From: Diplonema japonicum
Lineage: Eukaryota > Protista > Euglenozoa: Diplonemea
Direction: 5' to 3'
NCBI GenBank assembly: GCA_964019335.1
Contig: OZ025720.1
Coordinates: forward strand, 248,001-312,000
DNA length: 64,000 nucleotides
Shown piece by piece: positions 1 to 11,135 of the stretch; position 1 is the first letter of the stretch; the number at the start of each line of letters is the position of its first letter. The notes beneath the pieces are model-generated. The model searched no databases. It was not told where the DNA came from and saw only the letters and a list, made by a program, of their open reading frames with translations. A program made the translations under genes and the position numbers.

Positions 1-357
1 GGGGGGGGGAAGGGGGGGGGGGGGTCGTAAAATGCGTAGCTTGCTCCCGCATGCCCAAAATAGAATCGCTCGCTTTAGAAAAGGAGAAAGAGAGGGTGGG
101 GTAAGATAGAAAGAAAAAAAAAAGGGTAAGGGGGAAGTTTTTCGGTTTCGCACTCCGTTCAGCCCAACTCTTAACTTTTTTTTTTCCCCTTCCCGGACCT
201 AGGTTTCCTCGGCTTGACTTATGTTTCAAACCGAGTAGTGAAAATTCGTTGAATTTAAATGGCGGACAAATTAAAAAGTTGCCCCCCCCCCCCCCCCCCC
301 CCCGAACTGTTGTTCTTTCGTCTTGCATAAAAATAATTCTTTATGACTATCAAAAAA

Positions 358-1704
358 CATAGTATCCAGGGTTAACCGATCACCTTCGGGTTTTAAAACC
401 CGACCCGAGCAATTTTAGATTTTCGATCACTGTCGGGTTAATGATGGGTTTTTTTGTAATTTCGGATCGGTTTGATCGGTTTTTTGTAATTTCGGATCGG
501 TTTGATCGGTCCAAAACCCATATTTCTGGCAAAAAAAATACCAAGATCATGCTCAATTTTTTTTTTTTCAAAAACCCTAAGCCATTAAAACCCAAAATAG
601 AGCCGTATTTAAGGCTTTACATGCAGTTTTGAAAAAACTGGTTTTCAGACTTGTTATTATGTACCGGGTCAGGGTTTGTTTATCCTAATAAAAATAGCTC
701 ATTACGCTGCCATCAACTAGTTTTTCTAGCGCGGCTTCGCAACGGTACGCGACAGCCTACCTCTACAAGACGTGTGAGAGGGGGAATGGCTGTCCTACTC
801 CCAAATGGACCACAGCCTTGAGACGACCTCATTCGATATCGAAGCGTGGTGGCTGGCTCAGAAAGCTGCTCTCCCTGTTTTGCATGACAGGGCCTTGTCG
901 CTGCTGTACGCGCAGCCTGTGGTAACAGCCGTGGACGCGGTGTTCTCCTCGATTGACGCCAAGTTCGGAGAGATGCGTCGCGTCCGCCTCACACCAGACG
1001 TACGAAGGCAGCTGTTGTTCTTGTACCTGAACCAGGACATCAGCGGTGCTCTGTCTTCGTCTGACAGGCACCACGTTCTCAGGCACGCCGGGTTGCAAGC
1101 AGGGAGGTAAGAAATTGAGCGTTCATCGCTGTGTGCGTGCATTCAGTTCTCTGTGGGTGAACATCCTGCCTCAACGGGCGCGCTTCCGTGCGTCCCATGG
1201 AGTCCCATTCTAGGCGCCCCCCTTACTTTGTGCATTGCCACACTTCCCGTTCAAGTTTCAATGTTTTTCATAATTGACTTTCGCGCCTAGTTAAAAACCC
1301 GCCAAAAACAGGGAAAATCCCGATTTTCGGGAAAATAATCCTTTTCTAAGTCGTTTCGATGCAGGCTTTGTGTATCTGGGAGGTCTGGGAGACGAATAGA
1401 AGGGTTATAAGTATGGTTGCACGCTCTCCTCCCGTTCTAATTATTGATTTTTGATTTAGCTCCTATTTAAACAGAAAAAAGAAGAAAAATCGCCAAAAAA
1501 AGGGAAAACTTAGCTTTTCGGGAAAATAATCCTTTTCTAAGTCGTTTTGATGCTCCCTGGGGTCGGCTTTGTGTATCTGGGGGGGGCGGGATACGAATAT
1601 AAGGGTTTTAAGCATGGTTGCATGCTCGCCTTTCATTTGACATCAATTTAAAACCCGATTGTAATTAAAAACCCGCGGGTGATCGGTTAACCCTGGATAC
1701 TATG
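358..1704 (+). mobile_element. Non-autonomous hAT-family DNA transposon (internal deletion derivative)
   Basis: Perfect 27-bp terminal inverted repeat CATAGTATCCAGGGTTAACCGATCACC (358-384 and 1678-1704). Subterminal repeats: a 30-bp tandem duplication at ~450-510 and a ~140-bp direct repeat at ~1300-1432 / ~1490-1632. Encloses a hAT dimerisation-domain remnant. Flanked by AAAAAA on both sides. Confidence 0.85.
778..1110 (+). pseudogene. hAT transposase C-terminal dimerisation domain remnant
   Basis: EWLSY...DIEAWW...LPVL...AVDAVFS...RRVRL...LLFL matches the hAT C-terminal dimerisation pattern (WW, P.L, FS, R.RL). In-frame TGA at 775-777; the rest of the transposase is absent. Confidence 0.8.
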
Positions 1705-1800
1705 AAAAAAGGTTTTTAAAAGGCTGCGAAAGTTTTTTGCTCGGCACAAATTGCATATAGTTATAAAATCAATTTTTGAAAGATAAATATTTGTAACAAA
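1705..1800. repeat. Dispersed ~100-bp repeat, second copy at ~2721-2825
   Basis: AAAAAAGGTTTT..AAA.GCTGCGAAAG.TTTTTGCTC...CATATAGTTATAA.ATC...GAAAGATAAATATTTGTAACAAAA occurs twice with scattered differences. Confidence 0.8.
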
Positions 1801-1987
1801 AAAAAAAAAAAAAAAAAACTTTGGCTCGATAGTAGGAAACTCGCAGCACCGAGAATCTCCGGAGAAAAAAAAAAAGTAGACAGCGAAGCCGCAACTAATG
1901 AGGGCGCTTCATATACTAAACAGAGCAGAGGCGCTACTCTCATTGGAGGTGGAGAGGAGGAATAAGAAGAAAAAGAGGGGGGTAATT

Positions 1988-2046
1988 CACTATGATAGGA
2001 AACTTAAGATACCCCCTTTGGGAGTTCCCTGCTACCCACCGTAGTG
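1988..2046. mobile_element. Short deleted CACTA-like MITE
   Basis: Starts CACTATGATAGGAA, ends CGTAGTG; internal similarity to 3133-3315. No TSD visible. Confidence 0.45.
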
Positions 2047-2618
2047 CCCCAGCTGACGTTTGTATCTTCCAGTCAATAAAAAATAAATAAAAATAATAAC
2101 AGTATAGTCCTTGTTGTTCGCATGAGCAAAAAAGAAACCACCCCCCGACCTATTTTTGCGGTGCCCTGGTTGGTGTCCACCGTGGACAGGGGATCCTACA
2201 CGTGCCTGCCACCATTCTGCTGTTGCATCCTGTTGTTGGCTGTCGAGGTTTGCCTTTCACCATGGATGGCATCTGCGGTAAGAACATCGGCCGCAGTCCC
2301 TCCAAAGCCATGGAGTGTACTCTGGTCATCCTTCCTGCCGGAAAGCCGCTTTTGTTGCCCTTTGCCGCACGTGCTTGCACTCTAATGAGGATGTACCGCA
2401 GGCGTGCGGCTTTTCTCTCCAACAGGCTGCTCTCCCCATGTTCCCCGTATAAGGTTATACCGGTTGTCATCTCAAAATCAATTGGTGATTGACGTCTTCC
2501 TTGATCCTAGGTACCACCTCAGACCTCGCAGCCAGGGGAATACATGCTTCAACTGCTTTTTCAGTATGTCACCCGTTGCTCCAAAAAAAAAAAAAAAAAA
2601 AAAAAGAAGAAGAAAAAA

Positions 2619-2722
2619 GGTGTCTTTGAAGGGAACCTGCAGTATGTGACAGGATCGCCGTGTTTGATCCCTTCTGTCGTGGTAGTGCCTTAGGCCCGTC
2701 GTAATTCAGCAGCTTGGCGTGA
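2619..2722 (+). repeat. Dispersed repeat beginning with the GCAGTATG-loop hairpin (copy A)
   Basis: GGTGTCTTTGAAGGGAACCTGCAGTATGTGACAGGATCGCC is nearly identical to 36788 and 58471; the downstream part is shared with 36850-36941. Confidence 0.85.
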
Positions 2723-2902
2723 AAAAAAGGTTTTAAAAAGCTGCGAAAGCTTTTTGCTCATGTACAAGTTCCATATAGTTATAAGATCTTTTTTTTTTTT
2801 GGAAAGATAAATATTTGTAACAAAAAGAAAAAAAAAAAGAAGGGAAAAAAAAAAATCGATAAAGTTTCAGTGCGGGGAACCACTGCTTATCAAGTACTTC
2901 AG

Positions 2903-2931
<29 letters not shown>

Positions 2932-2934
<3 letters not shown>

Positions 2935-3125
2935 ACTATTTAAGGGTGCCTGCAGTATGTGGCAGGGCGCCCTGCACAAGTATCGTCTACTTGATTACAG
3001 GGGGCGCGCCTCGGCCTAGTTGTAGCTTCTTCTGCGTTCCGCGTCGTGTCCTTAATGCGTGCGGTGTGCAACTCAACCCCAGCCATGGTGCCCCTGGTAA
3101 CCAAGATTCTGAGCCCGTGTAGTTT
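2932..3125 (+). repeat. Related element with GCAGTATG-loop hairpin (copy B)
   Basis: GGGTGCCTGCAGTATGTGGCAGGGCGCCC at 2944-2972: same loop, different but complementary stem; A-runs on both sides. Confidence 0.6.
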
Positions 3126-3132
3126 AAAAAAT

Positions 3133-3315
3133 CACTATGATAGGAACGCGGTGGCGTGCCTACCTTATGATGCTCCCCTTTTGGAGGTCGTTCCCTTGCT
3201 ACCCAATCCCTTCTTTCGGTAATCTTCTCTCAGTCCCTTCAGATTGGTCGCCGTCGTGCAAACAGGGCCCTTCTACCAAAGCCAACGACGTGGTCGCGGC
3301 CAATGGATCGTAGTG
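3133..3315. mobile_element. CACTA/CMC-like MITE
   Basis: TIRs CACTATGAT / ATCGTAGTG with a 2-bp AT duplication. The same left end recurs at 1988 and 11553. Confidence 0.6.
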
Positions 3316-3403
3316 ATCTCACGTTCTTGCGCATGACTGCGCCGGAAAAGCGCGAAAGAAAAAAGAGAAAAAAAAAAAAAAAAAAAAAAAAAAACCATTC
3401 ACA

Positions 3404-4801
3404 TCATTCCGCGTGTTCAATATTCGCCACACGGTCACAGCTAGTCCCGTAACCAGCGCATTCGTTAATATGCAGTTTTTCATAAACATCCACACCTTTA
3501 TCAACAGGGTACACAAAATTAAGCAGCCCGAAAGAGGCAATAACTAGTATCATCAAAAAGCACCCAACGGCCACAGTGACTGAGTACGGCCAGAGCTTCG
3601 ACTTGAAAGTCCCGCAGATGTTCTTCCCCTGCGACGCGATCTGCAAGTCAAACAGCGCACACGACGCCAACGGGTACACCTTCTCAACCATCGCAGCCTC
3701 GAAGGCTAATGTCATATTGTGTTCAGACATCGCTTGCTGAGCTGCCGCCTGCGGTGCGGACCCCATTTCGCATTGTTTTGCACATCTTGCAATGGTGCAC
3801 CTCGTTGCAGTACAGTTCCCTCTTCCTTCGTCGCTCGCAAGCTCCGAGTTGTTATACAACATCAAAGCCGAGCCCACCATAGTGGTACAGGCACCGCACG
3901 TGAAGTACCCGCCGCATAAAAAAGAGTTTGTTATGTTGCACGCCAATGAAACGTAACCCGATACGATTGCATCGGTCGTCCTGAACATGCGGCCGAACGA
4001 TTCGCCATTTTCATCGCATTTCAAATTCGAATGGAGGATCTTAACAACAGCCTCTGTGACAGGGATGTAGTCATCGCAGACATCAGATGTCGCAACAGAG
4101 AGCCCTCCAAAGCCTGCCTGGATGATCCACATACCAGACGCAAAAATAAGAATTATAAAAACCATGATCTCGGGGATGACACGGCGGACATGCAAGGCGG
4201 AGAGGAGGATGAGGGAGAAGACGATCTCAACGGGGATCATCATGAAGGTCTCGATGGCGACCTGGGCGTTCATGGCGATGGACTGCGCGTTGCTTATATC
4301 GCTGGTCCAGTGTAGCACGTCAGCTGTCTGGTGGAGGATCTCCGTGCTGAGGTGAGACCTGGAAAGGTTCAAGACACCCACCATTTCGAGGGACCGGGTG
4401 CGGTACTCAACAGATACGGCCACCATGCCTTCGCGCAATTGGTTCAGACTGTCGTTGATGTCACTCATCCCATGGCGTATGTCCCCAGCAGCGTACACAG
4501 TGCATGTCACTGCTATAGCGGCCATGCTGACTAGAAGCATCAGTTGTGTCCTTCTGAACGCTGTCATTGTCCTGTTGCCCACACCTCTTATGTTCCTGTT
4601 GCGCGTCACCACCCGCAGCACATAGTACGCAGCTGCGAACAGTATTGTTGTCACGGCTGCGATCGCTGCAGGGGCCGCTGCGGTGTACACGGACCTCCAG
4701 TAATCTTTGCACTGTGTCCAGTAGCCTTCGCACCACTCGCCGTAAACAGTGTCCCAGCACAGGCATCTTTCAAGGTCGGGGTGCGTCCACGTGAGCGACA
4801 T
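3404..4801 (-). CDS. Multi-pass membrane protein with Cys-rich extracellular loop (Tweety-like topology)
   Basis: 465-aa ORF; ATG follows a poly(A) run; about five hydrophobic segments and an SDVCDD motif after TM4. Confidence 0.75.
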   Translation of the reverse strand: MSLTWTHPDLERCLCWDTVYGEWCEGYWTQCKDYWRSVYTAAAPAAIAAVTTILFAAAYYVLRVVTRNRNIRGVGNRTMTAFRRTQLMLLVSMAAIAVTCTVYAAGDIRHGMSDINDSLNQLREGMVAVSVEYRTRSLEMVGVLNLSRSHLSTEILHQTADVLHWTSDISNAQSIAMNAQVAIETFMMIPVEIVFSLILLSALHVRRVIPEIMVFIILIFASGMWIIQAGFGGLSVATSDVCDDYIPVTEAVVKILHSNLKCDENGESFGRMFRTTDAIVSGYVSLACNITNSFLCGGYFTCGACTTMVGSALMLYNNSELASDEGRGNCTATRCTIARCAKQCEMGSAPQAAAQQAMSEHNMTLAFEAAMVEKVYPLASCALFDLQIASQGKNICGTFKSKLWPYSVTVAVGCFLMILVIASFGLLNFVYPVDKGVDVYEKLHINECAGYGTSCDRVANIEHAE

Positions 4802-4870
4802 TTTTTTTTTTTTTTTTAAAATCTAAAGAAACCTCTTGAATAGGTAAGTTAAGTCAAAAAAAGAAATCAC

Positions 4871-4905
<35 letters not shown>

Positions 4906-4939
4906 CTTTTCCTCCGCCCTATATAACACATTCGTTGTT

Positions 4940-5626
4940 TCAAATATTAGCACGCGAAAGCGCAGCCAACGATCGTGCGTCGGTGAGGGTCCGCCATGCG
5001 TCTTCTGCATTAATGATGGCGAGGGATGCGAGGGAAGGGGAAGATTGGAGCTTTTGAGTCGCGGCCTTGAGCCAGTCCGAGGTGACCTCGTGTCGGTAAA
5101 TGTGGAGGTGCGTTGTTTCATCCGTGGCAGAGGGCGCATTGTGTAATAAACTCGCCTCGCGGACAGTGGAGGTGGTAATTTTTGTGAGACCGATTTGTTT
5201 TAGAGATTGCGCGGAAGAGCCGATAAACTGCCCGTCTGGATCCCACCCGCCCATTGGGAATTCCAGATAGTTCATGTCTCCCACTGGCACTGCGGGTGTT
5301 GAGCTGGCCACCACGTAGAAAGAACCGGTATTTTTCTCTTCGAGAATTGGTAGCACCATGTGGACGGTTCCTCTTAAAAGAACGTTCCTTGGTACAGGCA
5401 TGCCTCTGTAAGAAACCACAAGCCAGATCAACATTGGTACGCCAGTAGCATGTTTCACGTTAGCTGCAGCCATCCCGCTGTACTCAATGTGTGCGATCTT
5501 TAAGGACAAGACTTTCTCCTTCGTCTTCTCCCACCAGTTCTTGAACATCGCGCAGGACGTCACTGCAGCTATGCTATTTGCGTCGCCTTGTACTTTTACC
5601 TCCCTGCCTTCTGCTACCAACGACAT
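4940..5626 (-). CDS. Nudix-fold protein (ADP-sugar pyrophosphatase-like) with degenerate Nudix box
   Basis: 228-aa ORF; LLRG..V..L, PAVPVG..YLEFPMGGWD and ...TDE..HL...DARSLAAL resemble NUDT14-type Nudix proteins; the REUXEE motif is absent. Confidence 0.7.
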   Translation of the reverse strand: MSLVAEGREVKVQGDANSIAAVTSCAMFKNWWEKTKEKVLSLKIAHIEYSGMAAANVKHATGVPMLIWLVVSYRGMPVPRNVLLRGTVHMVLPILEEKNTGSFYVVASSTPAVPVGDMNYLEFPMGGWDPDGQFIGSSAQSLKQIGLTKITTSTVREASLLHNAPSATDETTHLHIYRHEVTSDWLKAATQKLQSSPSLASLAIINAEDAWRTLTDARSLAALSRANI

Positions 5627-6353
5627 TTTTTTTTTTTCTCCCCACTTTTTTTTTTCCCCTTTATCTGGAGTTGGTTATGAGAATAAGGGGGGAAAATACA
5701 TCGAAAAAAAATATATATATAGGCGGGGGTGTAAAAAGACAAAAAGTAGAGTGAATAAATGAAAATGTAGGAGACAAAATAGTGGGGGGGGGGGAAATAG
5801 GTCTCCCCCCCCCCCCCACCTCTCTTTTTTTTCTTTCTTTTTCGCACCCTAAAAAAAAAAAAAAAATTGAATTTTTCGAGACAGAAGAATGCGCTTACAT
5901 TTTCTTTTTTTTTTTTCCCCTGCATGGTCGAAGAAGAAAGAAAGAAAGAAAAAAAAGGGGGGAGAATAGAAACGACAAGAGAAAAAAAAAGAAGGAAAAA
6001 CTGGGGTGGGGAAGAAAGAATGTGTGTGCAGGCATTTTCATTTATTCTTCCACGCTCTTGGGCTCTTGGGAGTTTTTTTTTGTTTTGTTGTTTTTGCAAA
6101 GGGGAGGGAGAGAAGAGGGGGCCCAAACGTGAAAAAAACAAAGAAAGTCCTTTTTTTTTTTTTTCTTTTTTTTTTTTTTTCCAACTAGCAGTAGATGTTT
6201 GCAGTGAAACGTGTTCCCTGAGGTTTCCTTCCGAGAACGCTAACGCGAGAAGCAAGAAAAAAGAAGAGGAAAAAATAATAATAATAAAAGAAGAAGAAAC
6301 AGTCATGCCCTTCTTCCTTTTGGAGACAGACATGTATTTTATTTAATTTATTT

Positions 6354-6662
6354 CACTCTCTTCAGAAATTACTTCACGCACTAGGGGGCCCATTAAAGTT
6401 GGCCAATTGAGCTGAACCTGGGGGGAAATTAGCAAACTGAGAGGAAAAAGTAGCCCCACTGGGAACCGAACCGAGGCAAAAATTGGCCTACCGAGGCATA
6501 TTATTTACCGGAAACCCCCTATTACTTCACGGAAAACAGGCCATTATTTCACCGTGAAGTAATGAGATTTGGCGTGAAGTCTCGGCTCAGTTCCAAGTTG
6601 GACTACTTGTTGCGCCCCTTGTCACCCTGTTGTGCCCCTCGTGGTGAAGTAATTTCAGAGTG
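6354..6662. mobile_element. MITE with imperfect CACTC-terminal inverted repeats
   Basis: CACTC...GAAATTACTTCAC.CAC.AGGGG at the left is mirrored at the right; TTACTTCAC is repeated internally in both orientations. Confidence 0.55.
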
Positions 6663-6791
6663 TCGTGAAATAAAACCACTTACCTACCGCCAAGTAATGC
6701 TTTACCGACCTCGAGGTAACGGTAAAGTCATTACTTGTTGGCAGTAAATAGCTATTATTTTTTTCCTGAAGGAGAAAAAAGGAGGGGGGCA

Positions 6792-7411
6792 GGGGGGGTC
6801 ACATGGGGGTGTAAAGTGGGTTTTTTCAAATTCGGAAATGCAGAACACTGGAGCCGCTTAAACCATGTAAAACACCCCTTTCTCGACCAAGAAATCGATT
6901 TCCGCTCGGTACTTTTCATTTTTGGGCACCTACAAGGCATTATTTTGCATTTTTAAAACTGGTGACCACGGTTTGGTACCTGGCCTGTTGTCTCCCCTGT
7001 AGTTTCTGAGTTTTCTGAAAACTTTAGAATTTGACCATGGTTTGTTCCACCCTTTGAACGCGGCTCTTTACCCGCTACCGTTTGAACGGCAGAGTACTGT
7101 CTTACATTGTCCGACTGTGAACTTTTCTGTGTTTTGCGCGGCATTTCTGATGAATATCTATCATTTTCCCGAGGTTAGGATGGTTTGTTTTTGCAACTAT
7201 TTCAGGTACCAAACCGTGGTCACTGTTTTTCAAAAGTACAGATAAAGTATTAACAAGTGCTCAGAAATGCTCTAATCCGGCGAATTTTGATTTTTTGGTT
7301 AATTTGGAGGGTATTGGGCGGTTTTTTTTTTACCTTAGGGGAAAATTCTTTAAAAAACTTTTTTTTTTTTCGCGTTTAACCACGTTTTTTAGGACCATGT
7401 GACCCCCCCCC
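6792..7411. mobile_element. Non-autonomous TIR element (GGGGGGGTCACATGG termini)
   Basis: 15-bp terminal inverted repeat plus an internal perfect 21-bp inverted repeat at 6962-6982 / 7203-7223. Confidence 0.6.
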
Positions 7412-7413
7412 TA

Positions 7414-8050
7414 AGGCTACGTTGTCGGCGTACGGCCGTACGCACGCGTATTTCGAACGTACGCCGTACGCACTTTTTTTAGATTTGCTGCGTAAGCGTA
7501 CGCATTTTTTGCGTACGGCATTCATTTTAGAAAGTCTTCAAGAGAGGTCTAAGGCAATATTCACCGGGCATGTGGTGGATGCGCAAGGGCCTCTCTTGCG
7601 ACCTATTGGCACGATGCTTTTGGGTCTGGCCTGCGGTGTAAGGAGCTCGGGGTAAGGGTGGGCATCGTTCAAGGTGGAAACCCAAAGATCGGCCACTGGG
7701 ATTTGACAAAGCTGATTCTCTTGTCAGAGATATTATTCAGGTCAGACTCTACTTCAGCAAACGTAGTTTCACCTGCACGCAGTTTATAAGGGACTACTGG
7801 CGTGTGACAGAACTGGCGTTGGAAGACCTGCAGGGTGCCTGATCCTGATGACGAAGAGAACTTTTGATAGAGACGAGGGTGTAAAGTGTTTGCATGAAAC
7901 TTGCCGCCCACCCTTTCTTTTTTCCATCTATTTTTATGCCCCGCTCCCATTTGCCCCTCTTGTCCAGTAAGCCCTTTGACCCGTAGGTATAAGGAGCCGT
8001 ACGCACTTTTTCAGATTTTGCTGCGTACGCGTACGCCGACAACGTAGCCC
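7414..8050. mobile_element. Non-autonomous TIR element, superfamily uncertain
   Basis: Perfect 20-bp inverted repeat GGCTACGTTGTCGGCGTACG (7415-7434 / 8030-8049), CGTACG subterminal repeats, TA on both flanks, and coding-like decayed interior. Confidence 0.75.
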
Positions 8051-8392
8051 TAGGGGGGGGGGGGGGGGGGGGGGGGGAGGGAGATAACAAGGGCAGTTCT
8101 TTCTTTTGTCATTGATATTTCTCTTCTTTTTCTTTTCCACTTCATTTGGTTTTTATCAAGATTTTCCTCCTTTTCATTTTAAAAAAAAAAGGAAATCGCG
8201 TGTAAGTGTTATTTGAAAAAAAAAAAAAAAAGGAAAGAAAGAAAGGGAGTATGGAGGGAAATATGAAAAAAAAAAAAGAGAAAAAATATTAATAAATTTG
8301 AGTAAGTGATAGCAGCAATGAAAGAGAAAAAAAAAAAAAGAAGAAAACAAAAGAAAAATCATCGACTTTTTGCTACTGTAGCCCTCACAATA

Positions 8393-8425
<33 letters not shown>

Positions 8426-9003
8426 TAAGAAAATAATATTGCTTTCTGCAGCACTCTGCCACCCTACTTTAGTGGGGGAAAAAAAAATATAAAATAAAAT
8501 AAAATAAAAACCCCCGTTTTAAGACTGCCAATTTTGAATATAATTCGGGGTTTGGTTAGCCTCTGGTCGCTGGGATCGCTTAATAGTCAAGCGTTTATTC
8601 GCCTTGTTTTGTAACAGGGGGCTAAATATTTTTTAATTTAAATCATCGTCATACCAAGGCGACGCCCGGCATACAGGGGTTGCCCCCCCCCCCCCCCCCC
8701 CCCGCCACGAGTTTTAGTCATCACAGAAAAATTTAAAAAAAAAAGAGATGACCTTTCTCCCTTCTGGGGCCTCGGCCTTTCTTTTTTTTGGCTGTGTTGC
8801 CTTTCTCAAAGTATCCTCTCTTTCTTCTTGCCACTTTCTGCCCAGTTTCTTCTTAAAAAAAAGAGAGAGAATCAAAGAAAGAAGAAAAAACACTTTCCCC
8901 GAGGCATCACCTTTAAGCAGGAAGAGGGGCCTGCCGTGGAACCAGGCTGCTTGTGTCCCTTGACACGAGCAGAGACCTGACAAAACGGGCAGACACGAAG
9001 GGG

Positions 9004-9035
<32 letters not shown>

Positions 9036-9354
9036 CAGAGAGGAGGGAAAACGGAAAGAAGAAGAAAAAAAGGGGGGGAAACTATTCTCTTTTTTTAGGT
9101 GCTGTCTCAGCCTCGTTACTTTGGCGCCCAGGTCCTCCACCACTCTGTTGTCGTTCATCGGCAGCTCCATAGTAGTTACCGTCGGGTCTACCTGGCGTGT
9201 CAGGAAAAAAAAGAAGAGAAAAAAAAAGGGGGAGGTGTGTGTAAGAGCTTTTTTGTTTCTCTAAGTAACCCCCCCTCCCCCCCCTCACCTCTTTTTTCTC
9301 CTTCATTTGATTTCTGGCGCAAACAGATTAAAAAAAAAAGAGAGGAAAAAAAGT

Positions 9355-9792
9355 TGTCTCGATTTTAGTGGTGCCATGCAGTATGTGACACAGCGGCCAC
9401 CCTTGTGAAACTTCGCCCCGAAGCCTCCCAAGTCCCCTGTGGTCCCGTAGAAAGTAAAAGTGGTGAGGTAAAGAAAGCTTGGAAATTGAAATAGGGAGAG
9501 GGGCAATTAAACACCAACTGGAGAGTTGTGGGAGGCTTGCTTCACTGGCACGATGCCGCGGGGAGGCTACTTGCCTGACCTGGTGAAGCCACCTCCTTGT
9601 TCGATGTAATGGGATAAGGGACTCTCCGTTGAGGGCGATGCTAACTGGCGCCACGCGTAGGGTGGGCTCTCCACCCCCGTCCAGGTTTCCCCACGTGTAC
9701 GGCTTTAGAACGAGAGTTTCCCTTTCGCTTGTGTTTCTCCAAACCACAATTACCAGGAACCACCACAGGGAGGTTGGAAACATTTGTCCCCT
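9355..9792 (+). mobile_element. SINE-like / retroposon-like structured insertion with GCAGTATG hairpin at its start (copy C)
   Basis: GC-balanced island between A-runs; GGTGCCATGCAGTATGTGACACAGCGGCCACC hairpin at ~9370-9401, further hairpins, and an ~28-nt A tail. Confidence 0.45.
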
Positions 9793-9793
9793 A

Positions 9794-9824
<31 letters not shown>

Positions 9825-10104
9825 AAATAGGCTCAGTCGGTCTAACACTGATACCCATATGTGTTTTTTTTTTTCTTCTGAAAAATAAAATAAATAAAAA
9901 AGCACTGCCGTCCGGGGAAGAATTATTAACGGCTGGGGGGGGGTGAGGGTGAGGGTGAGGGTGAGTAGGATTTCTGAGAGAACAAGGAGCAATTTGAGTC
10001 ACAATTAAATCCTGTTGTGAAGTGTTTGGCGTTCCCCCCCCCCCCCCCCCCCCCCGTTTCTTTTCTTTTTCTTCTCTCTGAAATCAGATTTAAAAAAAAA
10101 ATAT

Positions 10105-11135
10105 GAGCTCGTCCGGGAAAAAAATGTCAACAAATGACCCTCCTATGCGGCGGAAAACCCGCGTTTAATTTCTAAGTAAAAAAGTAGTCCGACACCACTT
10201 TGTGTGCAGAAATGCAGTCTAAGCTTGAACACCATATAGGTCAAAATGCTCGCCGTTTGTTTTATTTTTAAAACGCACGTGCAAAAACATGTTTTTTAGA
10301 ATGGTTTTTGGCAAACGATTCAATTTGGAAGTTACAAATAACCCAGACTCCATTTTTTTATTTTCGTTTTTCCGTGAAAAGCGATAGGAGGAATGGACGC
10401 AGATTGAAAATCTGTGAAACCTTTGGGGTCATTTTGGGTGGGCTGGACTCTAAATCACTATTAAAATGGGGTGGGGAGAACTTACCCTTAATGTGCCATT
10501 TTGGCCTATTTAAGGCTAAAATCCCTTTAAAACCCCTTAAAAAAGCAAAATTTTCACTTTTAAAGTATTATGAGTGCAGAAGAAAAGGAAAAACCTCAGC
10601 AGATGGGTAGAGAATGAAAGTTTGACCCCAAAGATACCAATGTCGAAGCTCTGCATGAGCAGGCAAGTGTTAAGAATTGGTTTTTCTGAAAAAGGCCAAA
10701 ATCCCCTAGGAACCCCTTAAAAAAGCCAAAAAATAGGGTGTAAAAAACCGGATTTTCGGGGGCTATGCGGCGCCATATATTTTTCGCTAAGTACTTTTAA
10801 CAGTAACCCGACCCTGGGTTGTACCCAGGGGTCACAAGTGCGCTTGATCACCAATTTTATGCACCCTAGATGCTGCATTTTAAGCAATAAAATTGCATTT
10901 TAAACATTTTTCGTCGTTTTTCTGACCTCTGTTTTTCGCTTCCCGGGGGCTGCCGGTTGCAAAGCCTGCCACCCTCATGGCAAAACAAGCATCGCAATTG
11001 AAAGAATGGCGTCATGTACACCATGTATGTCATCTTCCTATGGTTGCATGCTGCCCTTTTTTTGCTCAAATAATCAAAACAAGAAATTTTCGGAGGTGCC
11101 CAAAAAAGTGTTGACATTTTCGTCCGGACGAGCTC
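10105..11135. mobile_element. Sola-like non-autonomous DNA transposon
   Basis: ~28-bp imperfect TIR GAGCTCGTCCGG...AAAATGTCAACA with a 4-bp ATAT duplication on both sides; GAG termini with a 4-bp TSD fit Sola2/3. Confidence 0.75.

Noticed and set aside
775-777. Stop-codon reassignment
   Set aside because: The in-frame TGA is in a dead transposase; intact genes end in TAA, TAG or TGA and have no internal stops.
2122-2582. Gene or retroelement ORF
   Set aside because: Coding-like composition but stops in all frames and no motif I can support.
5614-6346. Poly-Lys/poly-Phe ORFs here and throughout the spacers
   Set aside because: Translations of A/T homopolymers; N-terminal extensions of this kind were trimmed from real genes.
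9941-9965. Interstitial telomere repeat
   Set aside because: Only four TGAGGG units; treated as a microsatellite, like (GGGAT)n at 17503 and (AAAAT)n at 26610.
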